From Alkalispirochaeta sp. (GTDB lineage: Bacteria > Spirochaetota > Spirochaetia > DSM-27196 > Alkalispirochaetaceae), in NCBI GenBank assembly GCA_965601925.1, contig OZ271854.1, positions 4,512,001-4,576,000 of the forward strand: a stretch of DNA of 64,000 nt, given 5' to 3'. Positions 1-9,786 of the stretch are shown in pieces; the first letter of the stretch is position 1; each line of letters opens with the position of its first letter. A model generated the notes under the pieces. That model had not been told where the DNA came from. It searched no databases and saw only the letters and a list, made by a program, of their open reading frames with translations. Made by a program: the position numbers and the translations under genes.

Positions 1-1
1 C

Positions 2-739
2 AATCTCAAAAACGACGAGCGCATATCGCTGGTCGTGGAATGCGACGGCCCGGTGCGCGGCCTTGCCGCGGAGGCGAACTCGCGGGGGCAGGTGCGGGGA
101 TACCTCAGAAACAACGAGGTCGATCAGAACGGTGGAATGAGCATGGACGAACTCTTCGGGCCGGGAGCGCTCTCGTTGATTCGCGTAGGGGGCGACGGAA
201 GTCGGCCGGTTCAAGGACAGACGGAGTGGCGCCCCGGCGATTTGACGCAGAACGTCGCGTGGTACTACGCCGACAGCGAACAGACCGCGACACTCGTCGA
301 CGTAAACATCCACTTTGACGGCGCGCGTGTTGTCGGTGCTGCGGGATTTCTTGCCCAGGCGCTACCGGGCGCACAGGAGTCGATACTCGAGGATATCGGA
401 CGCGCGTTGGAGCCTACTCGCCCGCTGGGAGCGGCGTTTGCCGAGGGTGCGACAACGGCTCAACTGGTACAGGCTCATTTGACGAAATGGAATCCGCAGC
501 TCGTCGGTACGCGCGACGCGGAGTTCTACTGCGGGTGCAGTCGAGAGCGATTCGGCACCTTTCTCTCGGCGCTCCCGGACGACGAGCGCGAGGATATCCT
601 GAAAAACGGCCCCTTCCCACTCAAGACGACGTGCCACAACTGCAACACGACCTACGACTTCGAACGACCGGAGATCGAGCGGCTCTTTGCCCCCAGCCCC
701 TCCGCAGGTCCTCGGAGGACGAAACCCGGCGACGTATAG
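2..739 (+). CDS. hslO: Hsp33 family redox-regulated chaperone (5' end outside window)
   Basis: C-terminal CxC...CxxC zinc centre (FYCGCSRERF...TCHNC); N-terminal DGPVRGLAAEANSRGQVRGY; frame open to window edge. Confidence 0.9.
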   Translation, partial: NLKNDERISLVVECDGPVRGLAAEANSRGQVRGYLRNNEVDQNGGMSMDELFGPGALSLIRVGGDGSRPVQGQTEWRPGDLTQNVAWYYADSEQTATLVDVNIHFDGARVVGAAGFLAQALPGAQESILEDIGRALEPTRPLGAAFAEGATTAQLVQAHLTKWNPQLVGTRDAEFYCGCSRERFGTFLSALPDDEREDILKNGPFPLKTTCHNCNTTYDFERPEIERLFAPSPSAGPRRTKPGDV

Positions 740-783
740 TCGACGCCGAGGAGTGCGTCGGAACCCTTCCCGTACCGTGGTCT

Positions 784-2583
784 CTATCGTTCGACTTCCA
801 CTGCGCGGCGCCGGAGATCGCGGGACACCGAGGAGCGCGCGATAAGATCGACGGCGCGGGATGCGAGAGCGGGATTCTCAACCGAGACGGCGGACCGTTC
901 GAGGAAGTCGACCATAGCTGGAGCCAAGGCGTTCCGCTCCCTCGCGGACCCGCCGGCAAATCGCGCGACAACGTGGGGAAATGCACCGAACTCGTCGACG
1001 CCGTAATACGCTATCGCCGTCAACGCCGCAGCCGCGATCGGCGGATCGGGATCGAAACGCGCAGAACGGGTCAGGATCGCCCTACTCGCACGATCGGGCA
1101 TGGCGCCGAGGGCGGCAACGGCGCGTAGACGTACGTCCGGCGCGTCGTTGACTGCGGGGCTCCCCTGCATCGGCGAGCCGCGATACACCTCCTCCAGAAG
1201 GTCTGCGAGAATGGATCGATAGTCGACGACGCTACCGTAGAGAGCGTCATCGGAGACCCGACCTTCCAGTCTATCCAACAGCGCGTGTCGATCCGTGATC
1301 GAAGGTCCGTCCAATACCGCCCGGGCCAGGGCGGCCAAGGCACCGGTACCGGGGCTCTCTTGGGTGAATGCAGACGCCGCGGGACCATCCGATACCCCCT
1401 CGCCCGCCGCGTCCGGGAATGATGATCCCTCACCGTACAAGCCGTCCACTGCAAACGCGTGCATGCGCCAGTCGGGAAAGGCGACGATCAACCGTCGGTA
1501 TTCCGGGAGCCACCACATGGTCGACGGAGTCGAGCGCAGACGTAGCGTGGCGGCGACATCTCCCCAGTCGTTCACTAAGAGTAGACGATTATCGGCATCG
1601 ACGAGCGCATGGCCTCGGCCGCCGTCAACCGGCTCGATCATGACGATTGGGGACCGCGGCTCGAGCGCCCATAGGGCTGAGTCGGAACGTCCCATAAGAC
1701 GCACCGATCCGTCCTGCATCGCCACGGCGATCGGCAGCGTCGTGCCGGAGATGCTCCTTCTCGCGCTTTGGCCCCCGGCGGCCATATCGAGGCTCCACAG
1801 CACCCGGGGACGCTCGTTAAGCGCGACGAGAGAGAGGCGTCGCGCCTCGTCCTCGATGAGAAGCTCCTCGGCGTCACCTCCCCCGGCGACCGTAATATCG
1901 ACGATCGATAGCGGCCACTGCACCACGGGGCGCCCTTCACCGCCGCCGTCGAACCGAAACACGCGTCCGTCCGACAATGCGGCGTACACCGCCTCACCGT
2001 CGCCGGCAACCGCCGTAACGCGACCGGGAAGAGCGCGCCGCCAGAGAGTCGTCCCCGCGGTGCTTCCATGGACGACGAGCCCGGAATCGGCAAATGAGTA
2101 AAGATTCCCCTCTCCGTCGAGGGAGACGAACCGTGCGTCTCCGGCGATTCCGCGCCCCCGCCCCCCGGGGACGCCGATCGTGCGAATCGTATGCCCGGTA
2201 GCGCGCACGCGGACGATCGCAGCGTCGCCTACCGCGGCGCCGCTTCGGTCGTCTTCGCCGTAGACGCCGGAGACCAGCAGAAAGACGCCGGGACGTTCGC
2301 GCAGGAACCGAAGGGGCCGACGTATACCCGTAGCGGCGACAGAGACCGTCTCGCCGGTGCGATCGACGAGACGCACGCGTCGATCCTCGGTTGCGATGAG
2401 CATAAACGCGCCTTCCGAGGTGAGCACATCCAAGGGCGGCGCCGCGAGGGCGCCCGCGGTAACGGAGCTCCACGCGAGTCGCAAGCTCCCCGACGATCGA
2501 GGCGCATCGGCGACAACGGGAACGGACGGGCTGAGAATCACCGCAGCGACGGCGAAGAGCGCCCGGACGGCGCGCGCCTTCAC
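784..2583 (-). CDS. Exported protein with PQQ-like beta-propeller repeats and C-terminal HEAT-like repeats
   Basis: GTG start overlapping upstream stop (GTGA at 2580-2583); signal-peptide-like N-terminus; repeated GxxLW/LDGEG blades; DVRLRAVAALG HEAT-like segment. Confidence 0.6.
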   Translation of the reverse strand: MKARAVRALFAVAAVILSPSVPVVADAPRSSGSLRLAWSSVTAGALAAPPLDVLTSEGAFMLIATEDRRVRLVDRTGETVSVAATGIRRPLRFLRERPGVFLLVSGVYGEDDRSGAAVGDAAIVRVRATGHTIRTIGVPGGRGRGIAGDARFVSLDGEGNLYSFADSGLVVHGSTAGTTLWRRALPGRVTAVAGDGEAVYAALSDGRVFRFDGGGEGRPVVQWPLSIVDITVAGGGDAEELLIEDEARRLSLVALNERPRVLWSLDMAAGGQSARRSISGTTLPIAVAMQDGSVRLMGRSDSALWALEPRSPIVMIEPVDGGRGHALVDADNRLLLVNDWGDVAATLRLRSTPSTMWWLPEYRRLIVAFPDWRMHAFAVDGLYGEGSSFPDAAGEGVSDGPAASAFTQESPGTGALAALARAVLDGPSITDRHALLDRLEGRVSDDALYGSVVDYRSILADLLEEVYRGSPMQGSPAVNDAPDVRLRAVAALGAMPDRASRAILTRSARFDPDPPIAAAALTAIAYYGVDEFGAFPHVVARFAGGSARERNALAPAMVDFLERSAVSVENPALASRAVDLIARSSVSRDLRRRAVEVER

Positions 2584-3785
2584 GGTGCCGTCCCCGCGGA
2601 TGCAGGGACGGGATCGAGCACGGCAACACATTCGATGTGCGCGGTCTGCGGATAGAAATCGAAGATCGAGAGCGCGGCAAGACGAAACGACGGGGCGAGC
2701 TCCCCCAGGTCGCGCGCCAACGCCGCTGCGTCGCAGCTCACGTATACTACGCGCGGCGCCCCGGTCACCCCCAACGCGTCGACAAGGACGCCGCCGAGCC
2801 ACGCACGGACCGCCGGCCCGAGGCCCCGGCGCGGCGGATCGAGGAGGATCGTCCCACCCTCGGCGAGAGTCGTCATGAGCCGTGCATCGCCCAAGGCCGA
2901 CTCGGCGGTCGCATTGATCACGCGCACCGTGAGGCGGCCGTTGCCCGCGAGATTATCGTGAATGAATGCGGCGTTGCGTGCGTCAGGCTCGACACACACG
3001 ACCTCGGTAGTCTCGTCGTCCACCGAAAGGGCGGCGAGAAGCCCCGCTCCGGCGTATAAATCGACGAGCGTCCGGCCGCGTCGCTCCCGTCGCAACGTGC
3101 GGGCAAGCTCCGGCAAAAGCGCGTGGTTCGCCTGGGCAAACCCGCCGGGATCGAATCGAATCGCAACGGTATCCACCACGACCGATGCGGTACGGTCACG
3201 GTCGTCGAGAGCGAGTCCCGAAGCGCCGTCGACGATGGTCGTCCGCTCACCGCGCGGCGGCGTCGGGTCGTCGGCACCGTCCGCCCATTTACGGAGGAGT
3301 CGATTGATCGGAGGGGTCGCAACGGGACATTCCGGCACCGGTACCAGCGAGCGAGAACCTCGGCGACGAAATCCCAACACGCCGCGCTCGTCCCGGTGTA
3401 CCTGCACCCGATTACGATATCCGTACTCATCGCCGTACACGACCTCGATGGCGAACGGGTCTATCGAAAGACCGCCGATGCGTCGAAGATTCTCGGCGAC
3501 AATGCGTCGTTTCCACTCGATCTGGGCCTCATAGGAGAGGTGTTGCCAATCACAGCCACCGCACGTTCCGAAGAGACTGCAGGTCGGCCCGCGACGGTGG
3601 GATGAGGCTTCCAACACCTCGGCCAGAGACGCAACGAGCCGACCCTTTCGTCGTCCTCCGATCCGCACGCGAACGAGCTCTCCGGGGAGTGCACCGTGGA
3701 GGAAGGCTACGCCGTCATTGAGACGAACGAGCGCCTCGCCGCCGTTGACCAGTTTTTCGACGCGTGCGATTTCCTCCTTCGGCAT
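2580..3785 (-). CDS. rlmD: TRAM-domain class I SAM-dependent RNA (uracil-5)-methyltransferase, RlmD/TrmA family
   Basis: CxxxxxCGGC Fe-S motif, DLYAGAG, LDPPRRG, YVSCD, DFYPQTAHIE. Confidence 0.85.
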   Translation of the reverse strand: MPKEEIARVEKLVNGGEALVRLNDGVAFLHGALPGELVRVRIGGRRKGRLVASLAEVLEASSHRRGPTCSLFGTCGGCDWQHLSYEAQIEWKRRIVAENLRRIGGLSIDPFAIEVVYGDEYGYRNRVQVHRDERGVLGFRRRGSRSLVPVPECPVATPPINRLLRKWADGADDPTPPRGERTTIVDGASGLALDDRDRTASVVVDTVAIRFDPGGFAQANHALLPELARTLRRERRGRTLVDLYAGAGLLAALSVDDETTEVVCVEPDARNAAFIHDNLAGNGRLTVRVINATAESALGDARLMTTLAEGGTILLDPPRRGLGPAVRAWLGGVLVDALGVTGAPRVVYVSCDAAALARDLGELAPSFRLAALSIFDFYPQTAHIECVAVLDPVPASAGTAP

Positions 3786-3918
3786 CTCAACTCCTGATTC
3801 GTTCGGATATTTCGTAGGTATCGATACAATGGTGAGGTTTGGCGGGGTGCATCACTATTAATTTGCGCGATGCCAAGATATACTCATATCCTCAAAGATC
3901 GCTTAGAGGAAATAGTAC

Positions 3919-4569
3919 ATGAAGCCTATGAAGCTCGCAAGCCTACCGACGATCAAACGCTTACCCTCGTACTTACACGTGGTGGAAGCGGCGGCACGGG
4001 AGGGGAAACAGTACATATCGGGCACGGTAATTGCCGAAGAGTTGGAACTCGAGGCGATTCAGGTGCGAAAAGACCTCGCGGTGACCGGGATCATCGGGAA
4101 ACCGCGTATCGGATTTCCCGTCGGCGAGCTCATTCAGGCAATCAACTCCTTTCTCGACTGGCACCGAGCTCACAACGCCGTCATCGTCGGGGCCGGACAC
4201 TTGGGTTCGGCGTTAATGGGATACACCGAGTTCCCCCGCCACGGTCTGCACATCGTGACCGCGTTCGATCCCGATCCGAAGAAGATCGGCACGACGATAA
4301 ACGGCGTTCCCATCTTCAGCCTCGACGAGTTACCGGAAGAGGTCCGTCGGCGCGGCATCGATCTGGCGATATTGACCGTACCGTCACCACACGCCCAGGC
4401 GGTAGCGGATCTCCTGGTGAAATGCGGAGTGCGCGCCATATGGAACTTCACCAACGTGAAGATCAAAGTTCCCGATGAGGTGGTGGTACAAAAAGAAGAT
4501 CTCTCGTCGGGATATGCGGTACTCTCGGTCAAGATGCGCGTACGCCAGGCCGACGCGGACACCGCCTGA
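3919..4569 (+). CDS. rex: Redox-sensing transcriptional repressor Rex
   Basis: PTIKRLPSY, QVRKDL winged helix, VGAGHLGSAL Rossmann motif, IWNF; SD GAGG upstream. Confidence 0.95.
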   Translation: MKPMKLASLPTIKRLPSYLHVVEAAAREGKQYISGTVIAEELELEAIQVRKDLAVTGIIGKPRIGFPVGELIQAINSFLDWHRAHNAVIVGAGHLGSALMGYTEFPRHGLHIVTAFDPDPKKIGTTINGVPIFSLDELPEEVRRRGIDLAILTVPSPHAQAVADLLVKCGVRAIWNFTNVKIKVPDEVVVQKEDLSSGYAVLSVKMRVRQADADTA

Positions 4570-4622
4570 GTAGCCGCACGGCGGACACGATCCGCACACT
4601 CCAACGCCTCCGGAGAGCTCCC

Positions 4623-5669
4623 ATGTCCGACGTTTCGAAGAAGACCGAAGAGCAACAGACGTTCTTCGCCAATAGACTCAAAAAGCGATACAGACACCTC
4701 TGGAAATACGCGAAACGCATCGGGACGAACGCCTTTCGCGTCTACCATCGCGACATTCCCGAGGTTCCTCTCGCGGTAGATTGGTACGACGGCCATCTGC
4801 ATATCGCCGAGTTCGTACGCCCCCACGACAGGACTCCTGAGGAGCACGAGCGGTGGCTCGAGATCATGCTCGATACCGCATCCCGAACGCTCACCGTTCC
4901 AAGAGAGAGAGTGTTCTTTAAACGCCGGGAGCGCCAACGCGGTACCAACCAGTACGAACAGGTCTCTACTCGGCGCTACACGATCACCGTTGAGGAGCAC
5001 GGACTCCTGTTCAAAGTGAATCTGTCGGACTATCTCGACACGGGACTCTTTCTGGACCACCGCGATTTGCGTCTCCACGTTGCGAAACGCTGCCACGCAA
5101 AACGAGTACTTAACCTCTTCGCCTACACCGGTAGTTTTACCGTGTACGCGGCGGCCGCAGGGGCGCGATCGACGACGACCGTCGACCTCTCCAACACGTA
5201 CATCGAATGGGCACGCGAAAATTTGGCACTTAACGCGTTAACCTCGTCCCAGCACGAGTTCCGTCGCGCCGACGTACTCAAAGAGGTCGAAACCCTCCGC
5301 CGCGAGCGTCGCACGTTTGACGTGATCGTTCTCGATCCGCCGAGCTTCTCCAACTCCAAAAACATGGACCGAACCTTCGACGTCCAGCGCGATCACGTGG
5401 CGCTCATCCATGCGTGCCTCGGTCTCCTCGCTCCCGGGGGCGAACTGTTCTTCTCGACCAACAAAAAACGCTTCCAATTCGGACGGCAGGAGATCACCGC
5501 ACCACGCGAGTCGCAACGAGACGGTCGCAACGGCTCCCCGCGGGGAAAGGGCATACCGGGGCGCGGCTCATCGGCAGTTGAGATCCGGAAGCTTACGAAG
5601 CTCACGATGCCTGAGGACTTCAAGGAGACCGGAATCCACTCTGTCTGGAGTATCATCGCAAAAAAATGA
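4623..5669 (+). CDS. RlmK/RlmI-like class I SAM-dependent rRNA methyltransferase
   Basis: DYLDTGLFLDHR, LNLFAYTGSF, VDLSNTY, LDPPSFSNSK, FDVQRDH match the RlmK half of RlmKL. Confidence 0.85.
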   Translation: MSDVSKKTEEQQTFFANRLKKRYRHLWKYAKRIGTNAFRVYHRDIPEVPLAVDWYDGHLHIAEFVRPHDRTPEEHERWLEIMLDTASRTLTVPRERVFFKRRERQRGTNQYEQVSTRRYTITVEEHGLLFKVNLSDYLDTGLFLDHRDLRLHVAKRCHAKRVLNLFAYTGSFTVYAAAAGARSTTTVDLSNTYIEWARENLALNALTSSQHEFRRADVLKEVETLRRERRTFDVIVLDPPSFSNSKNMDRTFDVQRDHVALIHACLGLLAPGGELFFSTNKKRFQFGRQEITAPRESQRDGRNGSPRGKGIPGRGSSAVEIRKLTKLTMPEDFKETGIHSVWSIIAKK

Positions 5670-5689
5670 GGGAGCCCTTGCAGGCTCCC
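5660..5689 (-). terminator. Probable intrinsic terminator between convergent genes
   Basis: GGGAGCC-6nt-GGCTCCC stem followed on the minus strand by TCATTTTTTT. Confidence 0.65.
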
Positions 5690-5750
5690 CCATTATCCTT
5701 CTCCTGTGCTTCGGTGTATCGGATCGACCGATACACCATTGTATGAATCG

Positions 5751-6842
5751 TTACCAGACGATACCGACGTTCAATCCCACCATCACGCTGTTACCGTCGG
5801 AATCGAAGTAATACATGAACGGCACGTCGACCTTGAGAGGCCCGAGGTTAAGGCCGACGCCTGCGGTCAGGCGCGGACGCACAAAGTCGGGACCGTCGCC
5901 GTCGGTGCCGGCGGTCACGTTGGCCGATCCGTCGGTCACCTCGTACTGCGACGGCGCTCCTTCGAGGATCACGGGGCTCTCAAGCTCCAAGTCAACCTCC
6001 GAATCGCCGAACGCCACATCGATACCGGCGCCGAAGTTGACGTCGAAGAGCCACAGAATGCGGAGTCCCGTCGTTACTTCAAGGGGAATCACGACTGAGT
6101 TGGAACCGATGGTCGCGGTGATCGTGGGTTCCATCGTAAGCTCCGCGCTCCCGAACGGAGAAAAGTCGACGGGTTCCGAAACTTGACCAAACCCCAATTC
6201 GTATATCAACTCGTTACGTTGATATATCAAGCCGGACCCCACGGAGAGACCGCGCCAGCGGAGAAATCCCAAGGGCAAGGAACGCGTCTCCAACAACTGA
6301 TAGTTTACGAGCGCACCGACGCTGAAGGCGTTGTACTCGAACTCCTGAAAGAACCCTTCCGACTCAAACCAACTCAGCTTAAAGTTGACGTACAGATCCT
6401 CGGAGATGAAACCGAGGGGAAATCCGATTCCGATGACCGGGAAAAAGGCCGCGCCGGCGTAGAGATCGCCGTCCTCTTCCAGCCGCTGCGTCGACTCCTC
6501 TATGACCGACGGATCGGACCCAGGGAGCGAGACGGCCGTGCCGAGCCCCGCCACCAGTGCGAATCTCCGGTAATCGATAAAGGCGCGTTGCGTACCGATA
6601 TGGGTGGCGGTAGCGCCGGAGTTGGCTATACCTTGCGCGAGAAGGGGCTGGTCAAAGAACTGGTCGATCTCACCCGTGAGCGCGGCCTCGAAATCACCTG
6701 TCGCGGCGAGAATCCGCTGATTTATGTCATCTTGGTTCGGGCCCGAGACGGAAGGCGGCGTGATACTCACCTGCCCCCAAGCCGCAGCGACGCCGACCAC
6801 CAACAATAGCAACACAATTGACGATCTTTTTAACTGTGTCAT
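5751..6842 (-). CDS. Outer-membrane/surface protein, Lsa36-like
   Basis: SD GGAGG before ATG; signal peptide; amphipathic beta-strands; C-terminal aromatic residue (VGLNVGIVW); family name from recall. Confidence 0.6.
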   Translation of the reverse strand: MTQLKRSSIVLLLLVVGVAAAWGQVSITPPSVSGPNQDDINQRILAATGDFEAALTGEIDQFFDQPLLAQGIANSGATATHIGTQRAFIDYRRFALVAGLGTAVSLPGSDPSVIEESTQRLEEDGDLYAGAAFFPVIGIGFPLGFISEDLYVNFKLSWFESEGFFQEFEYNAFSVGALVNYQLLETRSLPLGFLRWRGLSVGSGLIYQRNELIYELGFGQVSEPVDFSPFGSAELTMEPTITATIGSNSVVIPLEVTTGLRILWLFDVNFGAGIDVAFGDSEVDLELESPVILEGAPSQYEVTDGSANVTAGTDGDGPDFVRPRLTAGVGLNLGPLKVDVPFMYYFDSDGNSVMVGLNVGIVW

Positions 6843-6912
6843 ATCCGTTCCTCCGAATGTGCGTGGTGAACGGAATCGTGCGTGATCGGCACGCACGACC
6901 GTTCGTGGTCAA

Positions 6913-6921
6913 AGTATAGCA
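6913..6921 (-). promoter_or_regulatory. Extended -10 promoter for the Lsa36-like gene
   Basis: TGCTATACT on minus strand about 70 nt upstream of ATG. Confidence 0.5.
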
Positions 6922-6985
6922 CCCGCAGTGCGACGATTTCCAACGATGTGTCGACTTTGCGCACCCTCGGACGCGCGATATCCGT

Positions 6986-8518
6986 CTACGTCCCGTTCGA
7001 GTGCTCCGATTGGATACAACGGAGAATCTCCAACCGTTCTCTCCTCGACCACCCTTCGTCGGGCCTGTTTACGTCGAGGGCGATATGTGGGAAAGATGTC
7101 CCCAACACGATAATCCTATCGGCGACGGCGGAGACGAGGTCGATGTCGTGACTCGCCATGACGGTCGTCACCCCGGCGAGACGAATCGCCTCGACGATTA
7201 CCGCCGCCAAATCGCGACGCTGCGACGGGTCGACGCCGGTGAGCGGCTCGTCGATGAGCAGAAAGTGCGGCTCACGGGCGAGGGAGCGTGCGAGGGCGAG
7301 ACGCTGGCGCATTCCGCCGCTCAAGGTATCGGGTAGACGCTCGCGAACATCCCACAATCCGACCCTTTGTAACCACCGCCGTGCGACCGATCGCGACGGC
7401 GCGGTGAGCGTCGCGTTGTCTCGGACGGTACGCCACGGCAGGAGGCGCGGCTCCTGAAACACGAATCCGACTCGTCCTTCGACCGAGGGCGTGTAGCGCC
7501 CCTCATCGGGAGCGTGCAGCCCCGCCAGAAGGCGTAAGAGGGTCGTCTTTCCTGCGCCCGACGGTCCCATGATCGCGGTGATATTGCCCCGATATATCGT
7601 AAGGTCGAGCTCCTCGAACAGTGGAACGCCGGGCCAACCGGCCCGTACGCGTTCCAGCGACACGGCGTTTGGATTCGTCGCATCGCTCCTATACGTCGAG
7701 CCGGGGGACGAGCCGTACACGTCGCGCCCATCGTCCACCCGCACCGGGCGGCGTTGCATCGGGGCAACTGTTTCCAGACACCGCATGACGATGTCGGCGA
7801 GTCCGGCGGCCGCTATCAGTACAACCGTCCATGCGAGCACGAGCTCGGTCTCGAAAAAGAGCCGTGCGTCGCCCATTGCGCTGCCGATGCCGCGCTCAGG
7901 TACGCCGATTACCTCGGCGGCAACGACCACCTTCCACGCAATCCCGCCCGCCGACCGTAATCCGCCCCATATCGACGGCGCGGCGCCGGGAACCCACAGG
8001 TGAAGGATGCGCATCACACGCGAGTAGCCGTGAACGCGACACATCTCCTCCAGGCGCGAATCCACGAGAGACGTGCCGGTGACCGCGGCCTCGTACAGCA
8101 GCGGGAACACCATCAAGACGGCGACGAACAGCGGCACGACGCCGCTTTCGAGCCAGATCACCGCCAGAAGAATGATCGAGATGAACGGAATCGACCGTAC
8201 GGTTATAACCGTCGGCTGTAAGAACAAATACAGGGCGCGGTACCGTCCCGCCGCCATTCCCAACGGAACGGCGACGGAGGCGCTGGCCGCGAGAGCACCT
8301 ACGGCGCGGAGCGCGGTTACTACGACGGATCGGAGAAAGTGCGGATCGCGAACGACCGTCGCCGTGGCGATAAGCACCTCCACGGGACCGGGAAGCGCGA
8401 TCGATAGATCAATGCGCCACGCGAGAAGCGCCCACGCGAGGAATAGAACGAATAAGCCCGTTATCGTAAAAAGACGTCGGCCCACTCGTCCCCACATCGC
8501 GCGGCTTCCGCGATTCAT
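6986..8518 (-). CDS. Fused ABC permease + ATPase, NitT/TauT/SsuBC type
   Basis: N-half TM segments with AWKVVVAAE; C-half Walker A GPSGAGKTT, FQEPRLLPW, LSGGMRQR, Walker B LLIDEP. Confidence 0.85.
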   Translation of the reverse strand: MNRGSRAMWGRVGRRLFTITGLFVLFLAWALLAWRIDLSIALPGPVEVLIATATVVRDPHFLRSVVVTALRAVGALAASASVAVPLGMAAGRYRALYLFLQPTVITVRSIPFISIILLAVIWLESGVVPLFVAVLMVFPLLYEAAVTGTSLVDSRLEEMCRVHGYSRVMRILHLWVPGAAPSIWGGLRSAGGIAWKVVVAAEVIGVPERGIGSAMGDARLFFETELVLAWTVVLIAAAGLADIVMRCLETVAPMQRRPVRVDDGRDVYGSSPGSTYRSDATNPNAVSLERVRAGWPGVPLFEELDLTIYRGNITAIMGPSGAGKTTLLRLLAGLHAPDEGRYTPSVEGRVGFVFQEPRLLPWRTVRDNATLTAPSRSVARRWLQRVGLWDVRERLPDTLSGGMRQRLALARSLAREPHFLLIDEPLTGVDPSQRRDLAAVIVEAIRLAGVTTVMASHDIDLVSAVADRIIVLGTSFPHIALDVNRPDEGWSRRERLEILRCIQSEHSNGT

Positions 8519-9786
8519 CGAATCAGAAAGCGAAAATAGCGCTTCTTACCGGCGCGCAGGATCAACTCGCCGGTCTCGTTGTCGCTTTGACGCGCCCACC
8601 CCGCATCGATCGTCGCCTCCACGTCGGTTACCTTGCGATCGTTGACCCGAGCTCCACCCTGCTGTACGAGCCGCCGCGCCTCGCCTTTGCTGGCGCAGAG
8701 CCCGGAACGCACAAACAGATCGAGTGCGCCGATCCCCGCCTCCAACTCCACCGTCGGTAGATCCTCGCCGGGCATCACCTCGGCGGAGCCGTCGCCGGAA
8801 AAGAGGGCTCGCGCGGCCTGACGAGCTCTCTCGGCCTCGTCCGCTCCGTGCACCACCGTGGTGATCTCGGCGGCGAGGCGCTCTTTGACGTCGTTAATCG
8901 TCGCCTCGCCGTCGGAAACGGTGCGCATCAGCGCGTCGATCTCCTCACGGGGCAAAAAGGTAAATCGATAGAGAAACGGCTCCACATCGCGATCGGGGAC
9001 GTTGCGCCAGTACTGGAAAAAATCGTACGGCGAGATGCGCTCGGGGTCCAAAAAGAGCGCACCGCTCTCGGTTTTGCCCATCTTTTTGCCATCGGAGCGC
9101 ATCACCAGCGGAAAGGTCAACCCGAAACACTCAGCTTCAGGTCCTTCGACGCGCCGAATGAGGTCCGCGCCGGCGACGATGTTGCCCCACTGATCGTCGC
9201 CGCCGATCTGAAGGGCACATCCACGGGTCTGGAAGAGTCTCAGAAAGTCGTAACTCTGCAGAAGCTGATAGTTGAACTCGATGAAACTCAAACCGGTCTC
9301 CATGCGCATCTTGTACGTCTCGAAGCTGAGCATACGGTTGACGGAAAAGTGGCGTCCGATGTCGCGTAAAAACTCGATGTAGTTGAGGTCCGCAAGCCAT
9401 TCGGCGTTGCGGACCATGGAAAACGTGACGCCTCGGGACGCGAGGAAGCGATCGATCTGTACGCCGATCGCCGACGCGTTGGCATCGATGGTCTCGATGG
9501 AGAGGATCTTGCGCAGCTCGGTCTTGCCCGACGGGTCGCCGATACGCGCCGTGCCGTCCCCGACCACGACGATCCCTCGGTGGCCGAACTCGGCCATGTG
9601 CGCCAGGGCGTAGATCGGTACGAGGTGGCCGATATGGATGCTGTCTCCCGTAGCGTCGATGCCGACGTAGAAGGTCACCGGACCCTCGTCGAGACATTCA
9701 GCGAGGCGTTCCTCGTCGGTGCACTGGGCGAAGAACCCGCGCTCCTTGAGGCGTGCAAGGGCGCCGGGGCGGTGGTCGAGACTCAC
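8515..9786 (-). CDS. tyrS: Tyrosine--tRNA ligase
   Basis: HIGH, QIGGDDQWGNI, KMGKT, C-terminal S4-like domain (RAGKKRY). Confidence 0.97.
   Translation of the reverse strand: MSLDHRPGALARLKERGFFAQCTDEERLAECLDEGPVTFYVGIDATGDSIHIGHLVPIYALAHMAEFGHRGIVVVGDGTARIGDPSGKTELRKILSIETIDANASAIGVQIDRFLASRGVTFSMVRNAEWLADLNYIEFLRDIGRHFSVNRMLSFETYKMRMETGLSFIEFNYQLLQSYDFLRLFQTRGCALQIGGDDQWGNIVAGADLIRRVEGPEAECFGLTFPLVMRSDGKKMGKTESGALFLDPERISPYDFFQYWRNVPDRDVEPFLYRFTFLPREEIDALMRTVSDGEATINDVKERLAAEITTVVHGADEAERARQAARALFSGDGSAEVMPGEDLPTVELEAGIGALDLFVRSGLCASKGEARRLVQQGGARVNDRKVTDVEATIDAGWARQSDNETGELILRAGKKRYFRFLIR

Noticed and set aside
3786..3918. Rex operator upstream of rex
   Set aside because: No TTGTGAA-N4-TTCACAA-like palindrome visible.
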